Positions 1-8,105 of a DNA stretch of 27,137 bases are shown here, piece after piece. Origin of the DNA: Gemmatimonadales bacterium (GTDB lineage: Bacteria > Gemmatimonadota > Gemmatimonadetes > Gemmatimonadales > GWC2-71-9). Below the pieces are notes generated by a model. The model had not been told where the DNA came from. It searched no databases and was given only the letters and a program-made list of their open reading frames with translations. Positions within the stretch are counted from its first letter, which is position 1, and each line of letters opens with the position of its first letter. Location: positions 1-27,137 of the forward strand of contig JBFGJG010000053.1 of assembly GCA_041577295.1 (NCBI GenBank), written 5' to 3'. Position numbers and translations under genes: made by a program.

Positions 1-1
1 C

Positions 2-427
2 GCGCGGGCGAGTAAGCGACTCGCGATGCACGCCGAGCCGGTGTTTTCGCCAGAGCTGGTCGAGCGATTGCAGGCGGCAATTCGGTCCGGGACGAGTGTC
101 CACAAGGCGAGGTTGCTCGTGCGGGAGGGGAGTGGTCACCGGCTGGTTTCCCTGAGCGACATTATTCGTATCACGTCCAAGGATGGGGCCCTGCGAGCAC
201 ACGCGACCACCGGGACCTATTTTGCGGATTATACGCTCGCCGAACTGGAAGCGCGCGGTGGTGGAAGGTTCCTGCGACCCAACCGCTCGGAGTTGGTGAA
301 TGTGGCTCATATCGAGAGGATCGAGAGTACCGGCGACGGGTCCGCGACCCTCACGCTATCAGAAGGTACTTCGGTTCACGTAAGCCGCCGCCGGGCATCG
401 GAAGTCCGAAGGCTACTCCAGGCCTGA
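2..427 (+). CDS. LytTR-family response regulator, C-terminal part (5' end lies outside the window)
   Basis: The frame is open from the window edge (ARASKRLAMHAEP...). It has LytTR domain hallmarks: 'DIIRI', 'TLAELE..FLRPNRSELVNVAHI', 'LSEGTSVHVSRRR'. Confidence 0.9.
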   Translation, partial: ARASKRLAMHAEPVFSPELVERLQAAIRSGTSVHKARLLVREGSGHRLVSLSDIIRITSKDGALRAHATTGTYFADYTLAELEARGGGRFLRPNRSELVNVAHIERIESTGDGSATLTLSEGTSVHVSRRRASEVRRLLQA

Positions 428-479
428 ACGCTCCGCCCGCCCAGGATCGCCGCTCACCCGCTACAGATGACCGTTCACT
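428..479 (+). promoter_or_regulatory. Putative LytTR binding direct repeats
   Basis: GCCGCTCACC (449-458) and ACCGTTCACT (470-479) are 21 bp apart, with a weaker third core CGCTC at 429. The period and the CCGTTC core match known LytTR (AlgR/AgrA-type) sites. They lie between the LytTR gene and the S41 peptidase. Confidence 0.65.
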
Positions 480-543
480 GACCACGGGCTGTCTCCTGGT
501 CAATGAGTACCGAAATTGAGTGCCGACAGCTGGAGAGCTTGGT

Positions 544-1914
544 ATGGATCGCAAGTCACGTTATACGCTACGCTGGTTTTTGCTCGGCACGCTGCTGCTC
601 GGGGCGTGCGGGGTACGACCTCTGTCTTACGACCGACACGTGGGTCTCGAGACGTTCGACGCGGCCTGGAAGATGGTGTACGAGTCGCATTTCGACACGA
701 CGTTCAACGGGGTCGACTGGCCAGCCTTGCGCGACGAGTTACGGCCAACGGCTGAGCAAGCCAGCGACCGCGCCGAGCTCCGCGATGTGATCGAGCAGAT
801 GCTGGATCGCCTGGGCCAATCACACTTCAGCCTCATCCCGCAGGAGGTGGTCGACACACTCGATCCGGCCGACGGCGATGCCGTGGAGCACGTTGGCGAT
901 CTAGGGTTCGACGTGCGCCTCATCGGCGAGCAGGTCCTGGTTACCGAGGTCGATCCCGAGGGTCCCGCGTGGGCGTCCGGTGTTCGGACGGGATGGGTTG
1001 TTCGCCGCTTTAATACCGCGGATGTCGACTCCGTCCTCGGTGCGCTTGAGGGCTCGCAAGGCCTGTACTCGGTGTCGCTACGCATGTGGGCGCGGATGGT
1101 ACGGCGCATGGTGGGGCGTGCCGGAACCACCACTGAGGTCGAGTTCCTCGACGCGGCCGACCAGCCGGTGACGCTGACGCTCACACGTCGGACGGAGCCA
1201 GGTCAGCCGGTCAAGCTGGGCAATCTCCCAACGTTCTTTGCGCGAATGGAGCACCGACGGGTCGATTCGGAGGAGAGAGGCGTCGCGGTTGGCGTGATCT
1301 GGTTCAATGTCTGGATGGCTCCCTTGGTGGTCCGCATCGATTCCGCCGTAGACGACTATCGCAATCTCGATGGCCTAGTGGTCGATTTGCGAGGAAACGG
1401 TGGTGGCTTGGGGGTCATGGTGAGCGGTGTCGCCGGTCACTTCTTTGACGAGCGCGTCGTGCTCGGAACGATGCGGACCCGAAATGCCCAATTGCGGCAC
1501 ATCGCCAACCCTCGGAGGGTATCGACGCGCGGCGAACGTGTGTCGCCGTTCGCCGGCCCGGTCGCGGTGCTGGTAGACGGCGTGACGGGGAGCGCGTCCG
1601 AACTATTCGCGGGTGGGATGCAGTCGGTCGGGCGGGTTCGTGTCTTTGGGGAGCCAACGATGGGCGCCGTGCTGCCGGCGCGGATGGACCGTTTGCCCAA
1701 TGGTGACGTGCTCTACCATGCCTTCGCCGACTTCGTCACGTCGGACGGCATCACGCTCGAGGGACGTGGGGTGATTCCCGACGTCACGGTGCCCGCAACG
1801 CGCGACGATCTCATTGCTGGACGCGATGCGGTGTTAGAGGCGGCGCTGCACTGGATTGCTGAGGAGAGCGCCCACGAGAGAATGCAAGCACCTGCGGAAG
1901 GGGTCGGTAGATGA
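544..1914 (+). CDS. S41-family peptidase with PDZ-like domain, probable lipoprotein
   Basis: Lipobox LLLGAC; 'FNGVDW..LRDEL', 'VDLRGNGGG', catalytic-Ser motif 'TGSASELFAG', 'LEGRGVIPD'. Start placed at ATG 544; GTG 520 is the alternative. Confidence 0.9.
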   Translation: MDRKSRYTLRWFLLGTLLLGACGVRPLSYDRHVGLETFDAAWKMVYESHFDTTFNGVDWPALRDELRPTAEQASDRAELRDVIEQMLDRLGQSHFSLIPQEVVDTLDPADGDAVEHVGDLGFDVRLIGEQVLVTEVDPEGPAWASGVRTGWVVRRFNTADVDSVLGALEGSQGLYSVSLRMWARMVRRMVGRAGTTTEVEFLDAADQPVTLTLTRRTEPGQPVKLGNLPTFFARMEHRRVDSEERGVAVGVIWFNVWMAPLVVRIDSAVDDYRNLDGLVVDLRGNGGGLGVMVSGVAGHFFDERVVLGTMRTRNAQLRHIANPRRVSTRGERVSPFAGPVAVLVDGVTGSASELFAGGMQSVGRVRVFGEPTMGAVLPARMDRLPNGDVLYHAFADFVTSDGITLEGRGVIPDVTVPATRDDLIAGRDAVLEAALHWIAEESAHERMQAPAEGVGR

Positions 1915-1961
1915 TGAACGAAGCAGGTGACGGCTACCAAACGAGAAATGGAGGTTCTGTG

Positions 1962-2735
1962 ATGTCGTTGAACATGAATGTCGTGCGGATATTGGGTCTG
2001 GTACTCGCATTGCCAACAGGCGCGCTCGCCCAGGCAGGGACGAGCGTCGCGCAGGGTCTTCCGACGGCTGCCGTGCTGCTCGAGCGTCACGTCGCTGCTG
2101 TTGGCGGCCGTCAGGCGCTCGAGCGTCCGCAGTCGAGCCAGGCGACCGGTCGGTTCGAGGTGCCAGCCCAAGGGATTGCGGGCTCGCTCGCCATCAACGC
2201 AGCGAGCCCGAGTCTCCTCTCGGTTACCATCGATATTCCCGGCATCGGCGTGATACGCAGCGGCTACAACGGTGAGGTGGGGTGGGCGATGCATCCGGCG
2301 ATGGGTCCGATGGTAATGGAAGGACGACAGCTGGATCAGATGCGCCAGCAGGCGGATTTCCGGGATATTCTGAACAGCAGTAAATACATCGCATCGCGCG
2401 AGACCGTCGAAGAAACGAACTTCGAGGGACGTCCGAGCTACAAGGTCAAGGTCGTCACGAAGTGGGATGAGGAGTATTTCGAGTTCTTCGACAAGGAGAC
2501 CGGCTTGCTCGCGGGCAATATCCGCCACCAGGAGAGTCCTATGGGGGCGGTCGAGGTGACCACGTTCACTCAGGACTATACGGAATTCGGTGGTATCAAA
2601 GTGCCGACGAAGATCGTGCAGCGGCTCATGGGTCAGGAACAGAGGTTTATGATCGAGAGCATCGAGTTCGATTCGGTCGATCCGTCGGTCTTTGCGCTTC
2701 CCGAGGCCATTCGGGTGTTGGTGGGGAGCCAATGA
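1962..2735 (+). CDS. Secreted protein, LolA-like/DUF620-like beta-sheet family
   Basis: GGAGG at 1950-1954 precedes ATG 1962. Signal peptide ends ALAQA. Motifs 'ERHVAAVGGRQAL', 'GYNGEVGW', 'FFDKETGLL', 'DYTEFGGIKVP', 'VDPSVFALP'. Confidence 0.7.
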   Translation: MSLNMNVVRILGLVLALPTGALAQAGTSVAQGLPTAAVLLERHVAAVGGRQALERPQSSQATGRFEVPAQGIAGSLAINAASPSLLSVTIDIPGIGVIRSGYNGEVGWAMHPAMGPMVMEGRQLDQMRQQADFRDILNSSKYIASRETVEETNFEGRPSYKVKVVTKWDEEYFEFFDKETGLLAGNIRHQESPMGAVEVTTFTQDYTEFGGIKVPTKIVQRLMGQEQRFMIESIEFDSVDPSVFALPEAIRVLVGSQ

Positions 2736-3184
2736 GCGCGCTCGCACAACGCTGGGCTGCGTTCTGTCGTACCCGCGAGGCCAAGTGGAAACCTCGGTCG
2801 CTTCTCGGTGGTGCGTTGGTCGGAGCGGCGGCAGTGGTGATCGGCGCGCTCGCGCGCACTCAACTCCCGGGACTGTGGGCGGAGACCGTAGCGGTGGCGT
2901 GCTTCGTGGCTGGCGCCGTTGGAGTGGCGCTGTTCGTGCGCCAGCCGACCGGTACCAGGGAGCCGATGCTGTTGGTCGTCGCACTGCTGTTCTGCGTGGC
3001 TCCATTCGTGGGGCTGTTGTGGACTCCGTGGGCCGTGTGGTCCGAAGACCAGCTCATGCAGACCATTGGTCTGGCACCGATGTACACGATCCTCATTCCG
3101 ATCATCGCCCCATTCGGCGGTAGGGTTGCCATGATCGCGGCAATGATCATCGCGCTCGCAGTGGTGATCAGCCAGGTGTTCTAA
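2732..3184 (+). CDS. Hypothetical membrane protein with about 4-5 TM helices
   Basis: ATGA overlap with the upstream stop; several long hydrophobic segments. Confidence 0.7.
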   Translation: MSALAQRWAAFCRTREAKWKPRSLLGGALVGAAAVVIGALARTQLPGLWAETVAVACFVAGAVGVALFVRQPTGTREPMLLVVALLFCVAPFVGLLWTPWAVWSEDQLMQTIGLAPMYTILIPIIAPFGGRVAMIAAMIIALAVVISQVF

Positions 3185-3194
3185 CGGTCGTGCG

Positions 3195-3254
3195 AGGGGG
3201 AGGGGAATAGGGAGCAGTCTATACAGTCCCCATTCCCCTATTCCCGACTTCCTA
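3195..3254. repeat. Inverted repeat made of degenerate 7-mers; possible stem-loop or terminator
   Basis: GGGAATAGGG (3203-3212) pairs with CCCTATTCCC (3236-3245). The right arm reads TCCCCAT TCCCCTA TTCCCGA CTTCCTA. Confidence 0.6.
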
Positions 3255-3277
3255 CCTCACCTCCGACTCTCGGCACT

Positions 3278-3880
3278 TTGGGAACCGAGCTCACCTTCCG
3301 GCTGCTGGTCGCCGCGTTGATGACGGCGGCTATCGCCGTCTCGGGCTATCATCGGGCTCGAGCGGACCGAGACGCGAACGACCCGGTGACCGTACATGCG
3401 GGTGCCACGCGGCTCCTCATTGTGCTCCGACTGCTCGGGCTTCCGATCCTTCTCTGTTTGGTGGCGTACGTGATCAATCCGGTGTGGGTGGTGTGGGCGC
3501 GTGTCTCGTTGCCGTCCTGGGTGCGCTGGGTGGCCGTGGTAGTAGCGTTTGTTGCGCTCCTCTTGCTCGTCTGGGTGTTTCGGAGCCTCGGTCAGAACAT
3601 TACGCCATCCGTGGAGACGAGACGGGCTCATCGTCTCGTCCGAACGGGTCCGTACAGATGGGTCCGGCACCCGCTCTACAGTATTGGTCTGGTCTTCTGG
3701 ATCAGCTTAGCGGTCATCAGCGCGGTTTGGGTGGTCGTGATCGCTGCCATTCCCGCGCTGATCCTTCTTGCGCTCCGCACCCCTGTCGAGGAAGCGCAGT
3801 TGGTTGAGCGGTTTGGAGACGAGTATCGGGACTATCAACGAAAGACGGGGCGATACGTGCCCCGTCTTTGGAATCGCTGA
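3278..3880 (+). CDS. Isoprenylcysteine carboxyl methyltransferase (ICMT/Ste14/PEMT) family membrane protein
   Basis: 'HRLVRTGPYRWVRHPLYS' and 'EEAQLVERFGDEYRDYQRKTGRYVP'. The TTG start is uncertain. Confidence 0.9.
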   Translation: MGTELTFRLLVAALMTAAIAVSGYHRARADRDANDPVTVHAGATRLLIVLRLLGLPILLCLVAYVINPVWVVWARVSLPSWVRWVAVVVAFVALLLLVWVFRSLGQNITPSVETRRAHRLVRTGPYRWVRHPLYSIGLVFWISLAVISAVWVVVIAAIPALILLALRTPVEEAQLVERFGDEYRDYQRKTGRYVPRLWNR

Positions 3881-3893
3881 CCCGCGAGCAGGT

Positions 3894-5528
3894 TTATTTC
3901 TTTCGTCGCGAGCTCCCCGACCTGGTTCCACCGCTCGGGCGCCGTGCTGGTGTCCGCGAGCGCTGGACCGAAGAGGGTCCACGCACGCGTGACGGCGTGC
4001 TGGCCCGTGGGGTTGCACGCGGCGAGGATCGGACTGAGCGCGAGGGACGCGTCATGCTGCGCGTTGGCATGCGCGCATCGGAGGACCGAACCATGGGGCG
4101 CCGGTCACTGCCGCGACTGGGAGCAACGCTCCGCTGCGGGGACCGCGTTCCCCGATCGGAGTCCACCACTCGACTACGTCGCGCATCGGTCGGGGCCAGC
4201 GCACGGGACGTGCGGCGTGGTGTATCGTCTCGCGCGGCAGGGCTCTCGCGCCGACGATCCTCGGTCCGCACGGCGTCCCGGGACGGCGAGGTGGAGCGAC
4301 TCCCGCCGCGAATGCGCACCGTGTAGTGCCGGCGCGATTGACCATCGATCTCCCGTTCCTCGACCCGCTGGATTCCCTGACCGGAGCGCTGCTCGATCTC
4401 GCGGCGCGACGGGACGCTGCGCCTCGGCTCGGCTGGCTCGCGGACGGTGCTCGGGACACGGGACCGGCGATCAGGCGTAATGCGATCCGTTGAGCCGCCC
4501 GGGGAAATGGAACTGCTTCCCTCGGTGGGGCGGCGTCGCGGCACCGCCTGGCTCGACGAGGGCGTCGATGGGGCGGGACGGCGCGCCGTCGGCGCTGCCG
4601 TGCTTGGACGCCGACGGGTCTGCACCGACTCGGTGTAGCCGCGGTCGGGCGACTTGAACGTGTACGGATTGGCGTAGTATCGAGGTTGATTCACGTATAC
4701 CGTGCCACGGTGCCGCGGCCCGTGATGAAACCCGAAGCCAAACCCAAACCCGGCGTAGTAATAGGGGTCGTAGTAGTGGGGGTCGTAGTAGCCGAAGTAA
4801 TATGGGTCGTAGTAGTACGGATCGTAGTAATAGGGATGGTAGTAGTAGCCCGGCGCGTAGTAATAGCTACCGAAGCCGATCGAGATCCCCAACCGGATCC
4901 CGCGACGGTGCCGGTAGCCCCGATAGTAAAATGGGCTACAGTAGAACACGTCGCAGTAGAAGGGGTCGTAGGAACTACCGTGATAGAATCCTCCGCCGTG
5001 ACGGCGGGTGTACGCGATCGTTCCGTACACATCGTAGTACACGAAGTCGTAAACGAATCCAAGACCATCGGTCATGCTCTCAACGAGGCTCGTGAGCTCA
5101 GCCTCGCTATCATCGACGACTCGCCAGAGATCACGCAGAGTGTAGTCCCAGTGCCGGTTGCGGATGAGGCCGTCGAACCGGAACGGATCGCGAGCGTAGG
5201 CCGCGTAGACCGTGCCTAGGCCGCTCGACTCGTGTACGGTAAACGCATGCCGATCGCCACGGTTGCGCACCTCATAGTCGCGACCGCCGCGAATGAAGTG
5301 GTCGTCCGTTGGGTCGACCGGGAACAGCATCCGGATGCGTCCCTCTGGATCCGCGTGGAGCACCACGAGATAACCGTCTTCCGCGGTGCGTACCTGCACG
5401 CGGATGCGATCGCCTCGCTCCACTGCGTCTCGCTTGTTGAGCCACACACGGACTGGAGGATCCTGTACTACGGTTGCCGCGACGGCTGGGGTCGGAATCG
5501 CGAGCGTCAGCAAGATTGCGGTAAGCAT
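3894..5528 (-). CDS. Secreted DUF4384-like protein with Tyr/Pro/Asp repeats and an Arg/Ser/Pro-rich disordered tail
   Basis: Start placed at MLTAILLTLAIPTPAVAA, a signal peptide with GGAGG just upstream; 5549 is an alternative. 'RGDRIRVQVRTAEDGYLVVLHADPEGRIRMLFP' fits DUF4384. The ORF-track extension to 5762 runs through promoter- and terminator-like DNA. Confidence 0.75.
   Translation of the reverse strand: MLTAILLTLAIPTPAVAATVVQDPPVRVWLNKRDAVERGDRIRVQVRTAEDGYLVVLHADPEGRIRMLFPVDPTDDHFIRGGRDYEVRNRGDRHAFTVHESSGLGTVYAAYARDPFRFDGLIRNRHWDYTLRDLWRVVDDSEAELTSLVESMTDGLGFVYDFVYYDVYGTIAYTRRHGGGFYHGSSYDPFYCDVFYCSPFYYRGYRHRRGIRLGISIGFGSYYYAPGYYYHPYYYDPYYYDPYYFGYYDPHYYDPYYYAGFGFGFGFHHGPRHRGTVYVNQPRYYANPYTFKSPDRGYTESVQTRRRPSTAAPTARRPAPSTPSSSQAVPRRRPTEGSSSISPGGSTDRITPDRRSRVPSTVREPAEPRRSVPSRREIEQRSGQGIQRVEEREIDGQSRRHYTVRIRGGSRSTSPSRDAVRTEDRRRESPAARDDTPRRTSRALAPTDARRSRVVDSDRGTRSPQRSVAPSRGSDRRPMVRSSDARMPTRSMTRPSRSVRSSPRATPRASTPSRVRGPSSVQRSRTPARRPSGGTRSGSSRRKK
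4755..4870 (-). repeat. Coding tandem repeats of about 15 nt (YYYDP-like pentapeptides)
   Basis: Repeated GG(G/A)TCGTAGTA units on the + strand encode YYYAPGYYYHPYYYDPYYYDPYYFGYYDPHYYDPYYY. Confidence 0.85.
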
Positions 5529-5642
5529 GAGCCCTCCCAATGGCCTCATCTCTCGGGAACGGGCAAGCGGCAAACGGGTATACCGTCCACCGGTTTTCGC
5601 TCCTACCAATACTATACTAAAGGAATACACCAATTGTTCATG

Positions 5643-5658
5643 TGCGAAAGGCATGCCG
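5643..5658 (-). promoter_or_regulatory. Candidate sigma54 (-24/-12) promoter for the DUF4384-like gene
   Basis: Minus strand reads CGGCATGCCTTTCGCA, i.e. GG-N10-GC, close to the consensus TGGCACG-N4-TTGC. It lies about 115 nt upstream of the start in a relatively AT-rich intergenic stretch. Confidence 0.45.
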
Positions 5659-5741
5659 TTCCGCAGGGTGTTCAGTTCAATGGACTTACCTAACCGCTTC
5701 CATGCAGAGACTGTCTCCTCATCGGGACGCTGTGTCCCCAT

Positions 5742-5775
5742 TAAGTGAAACAGGCCCGGCATTGCCGGGCCTGTT
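5742..5775 (-). terminator. Intrinsic terminator downstream of the di-heme protein gene
   Basis: Perfect 13-bp inverted repeat AACAGGCCCGGCA-T-TGCCGGGCCTGTT (5749-5775). On the minus strand it ends in TGTTTCACTT, about 30 nt after the stop at 5808. Confidence 0.75.
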
Positions 5776-5807
5776 GATTGTGCGTCCGCGTGGAGCTGCG
5801 CAGCAGG

Positions 5808-7253
5808 TCAGTTGGGATGCGTGCTCAAGAAGGGACCTGGCCCGTCTGGTGTAGGGACACCGGGAGGTAGCAAGCCGCTGGGCACCCGCTGCGGAACCGC
5901 CGTGAGATCGACTCCCAGGGGGCCCTGCTGCACGGGTCCGGTCGTCGTGCGCATGAAGGCGACGATCGCATCGATTTGCTGTGCGCTGAGACCCAACGGC
6001 TGAATCGAAGGATCGCGCCTGACACCGGCGGCCTGCAACGTGGCGTCGCTGATGTCGTTCGGTCCCAACCCGCCGCGATTGTAGAAATCCATCATGTCGT
6101 GAAGCGTGCCCGCACTGCCACTGTGGAAGAACGGCCCTGTCAGCTCGGCGTTGCGCACCGTGAGCACGCGGAAGGCAAACTTTCTGTTTGCAAACTCCAC
6201 TGTATCCGCATGGAACCGCCCAAAGTCTCCGCCGAGGCCGTTCTTGCCAGCAAACCCGGGGAGGATCGACTCGTAATCGTCACCCACGCCTTGGATACGA
6301 AACGTGAAGTCAGCCAACATCGGTCCGCTGTGGCAGTCACCGCACAGACCCTGGCCAAAGAAGTCACGGAACCCCTGCTTCTCCTGCTCGGTGAACACGC
6401 TGAAGTCACCGGAAACGAACAGGTCGTAACGGGAGTTGGGTGTGATCAGCTCGCGCTCGAACGCCGCGATCGCTCGCGTGACATGGTCCAATGTGATGTC
6501 AGCCGCATCGTTGACCTCGCCGGCAAACGCCTGCCGGAACCGCATGACATACTCGGGGATCTCCCGAATGCGGTTCACCACACTATCCTGTGCCTCTTCG
6601 GGGGTGAACCCAATCCCGTAGGCGTCTCCCGCCATCTCGTCTCGCGACGTGATCGGCTTCCCAGCCTGTTCCTCGAGACCTTTCGTGACGCGGCCATCCA
6701 TGAACTGGAAGCTCTCCGCAGTCGGGGCAATGGTGCCCTGTCCGTTGAACGCGGTGTTCAGGATGCTCGGCGTGTTTCGCGGCTCGGTGCCGACAGGGTC
6801 CCCCGTCACCAACGAGACGCCCGGAACTACTCGGGCCGGTCCCAAGTCCGTCGCGCGGAATTGGGCACCGGAAACGCCCGCGCCGAGTCGCCGCCCGTCG
6901 GCGAACGCCAACGTGGGAAAGTGACAGGTCGCGCACGCCATGTCGTTCCCGCGGAAGCGATATGGATCCTGGCCGGCTGCCTCCTTGACCCGGGGTGCGG
7001 ACTCTCCTCCCATGATTGGGTCGAAGAACAAGAGCTGACCCAGGGCAATCCGTTCGGCGTTGAAACGGTTGTTGGCCGGGTACGGGATCGCGGGCAAAGC
7101 AGAGAGTCCAAAGTCATCGATGATTGTACGGAGCTCGGCCGCTTCATCTGGATCGGGCTCGGGTTCAGGAGTCAACACTTCATCGTCGCACGCGACGAAC
7201 CCGATCAAAGCCAAAAGCACGATCGGGGCGCACAGCCCCCTACGCGTAGGCAT
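5808..7253 (-). CDS. Di-heme cytochrome c peroxidase/MauG-superfamily lipoprotein
   Basis: Two CxxCH motifs (CATCH, CGDCH); 'LGQLLFFDP', 'RNTPSILN', 'AIAAFERELITPNSRYD', 'GPFFHSGS'. GGAGG precedes ATG 7253; lipobox FVAC. Confidence 0.92.
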   Translation of the reverse strand: MPTRRGLCAPIVLLALIGFVACDDEVLTPEPEPDPDEAAELRTIIDDFGLSALPAIPYPANNRFNAERIALGQLLFFDPIMGGESAPRVKEAAGQDPYRFRGNDMACATCHFPTLAFADGRRLGAGVSGAQFRATDLGPARVVPGVSLVTGDPVGTEPRNTPSILNTAFNGQGTIAPTAESFQFMDGRVTKGLEEQAGKPITSRDEMAGDAYGIGFTPEEAQDSVVNRIREIPEYVMRFRQAFAGEVNDAADITLDHVTRAIAAFERELITPNSRYDLFVSGDFSVFTEQEKQGFRDFFGQGLCGDCHSGPMLADFTFRIQGVGDDYESILPGFAGKNGLGGDFGRFHADTVEFANRKFAFRVLTVRNAELTGPFFHSGSAGTLHDMMDFYNRGGLGPNDISDATLQAAGVRRDPSIQPLGLSAQQIDAIVAFMRTTTGPVQQGPLGVDLTAVPQRVPSGLLPPGVPTPDGPGPFLSTHPN

Positions 7254-7400
7254 CCTGACCTCCGTGACATGAGAGACGGCGGTTGACGGCGTTGTGGTGG
7301 GGGCCGGGCCCCCGTGGTCGGTTGTGGGAACGTCAGGCGTACGACACGCGCGGACGCTCTTCACCGACGTGGTTCAATTCCGCGAATATCGGAAGTGATT

Positions 7401-8105
7401 TCAATCGCGAATATTGGGGAGGTTGTCCGTAGGACTACGGACCAATCCTTCGGCGATCGCGAACTTGGTGAGCCCCGCAACGCTGCGGATGCCGAGTTTC
7501 TTGATGATCCGCGCGCGATGCGTCTCGACGGTACGTACACTGATGCCCAGGAAGCCAGCGATTTGCTTGCTCGATGCCCCATCGGCGATGTGCCCAAGGA
7601 CCTCTCGCTCGCGCAGCGACAACCGTGGCGTCGGACGTCGCGGCGCGCGCGCCTCGCGGAGGTACTCGGTCACGAGCACTTGTGAGATGGAGGGACTGAA
7701 GAACGGGGCCCCCGACGCCACGATTTCGATCGCATGTCGCAACTCGGTCGGCGACGCGTCTTTGAGGACGTATCCTTTGGCTCCGGAGCGCAGCAACTGC
7801 ACTACGTACTCCCGGGAGTCGTGCATGGTCAATACGAGCACCTTGGTATCCGGAGCCTTACAGCTGAGCTCGCTCGTGGCGCGGAGACCGGTCATACGCG
7901 GCATGGTGATGTCCATCAGGACCACATCTGGCGCCAACTGCTCGGCCATCCGCACGGCCTCCTCGCCGTTCGAGGCCTCGCCTACGATGTCGATGTGCGG
8001 GTAGTCCAAAAGCGCCGCACGCAGGCCCTCACGAACCACGGGATGGTCATCCGCCAAGAGAACCCGGATGGGGCCGCGATGCTTACGGACGGCTACGCTC
8101 GTCAT
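7401..8105 (-). CDS. NarL/FixJ-family (REC + LuxR HTH) response regulator
   Basis: 'VLLADDHPVVREGL', 'DVVLMDITMP', 'GAKGYVLK', 'LSLREREVL...SKQIAGFLGISVRTVETHRARIIKKL'. Confidence 0.96.
   Translation of the reverse strand: MTSVAVRKHRGPIRVLLADDHPVVREGLRAALLDYPHIDIVGEASNGEEAVRMAEQLAPDVVLMDITMPRMTGLRATSELSCKAPDTKVLVLTMHDSREYVVQLLRSGAKGYVLKDASPTELRHAIEIVASGAPFFSPSISQVLVTEYLREARAPRRPTPRLSLREREVLGHIADGASSKQIAGFLGISVRTVETHRARIIKKLGIRSVAGLTKFAIAEGLVRSPTDNLPNIRD

Noticed and set aside
1713..3005. Long antisense ORFs (430 aa here; also 5976-7286 and 19656-21083)
   Set aside because: They are shadow frames opposite well-supported genes in GC-rich DNA and contain no recognisable motifs.
4755..4870. CRISPR array or non-coding repeat
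   Set aside because: The units are about 15 nt, in frame, lack spacers and encode Tyr-rich peptide repeats. No cas genes are present.
5529..5762. N-terminal 78-aa extension of the DUF4384-like ORF
   Set aside because: It starts inside a terminator hairpin, crosses promoter-like AT-rich DNA and would bury the signal peptide.
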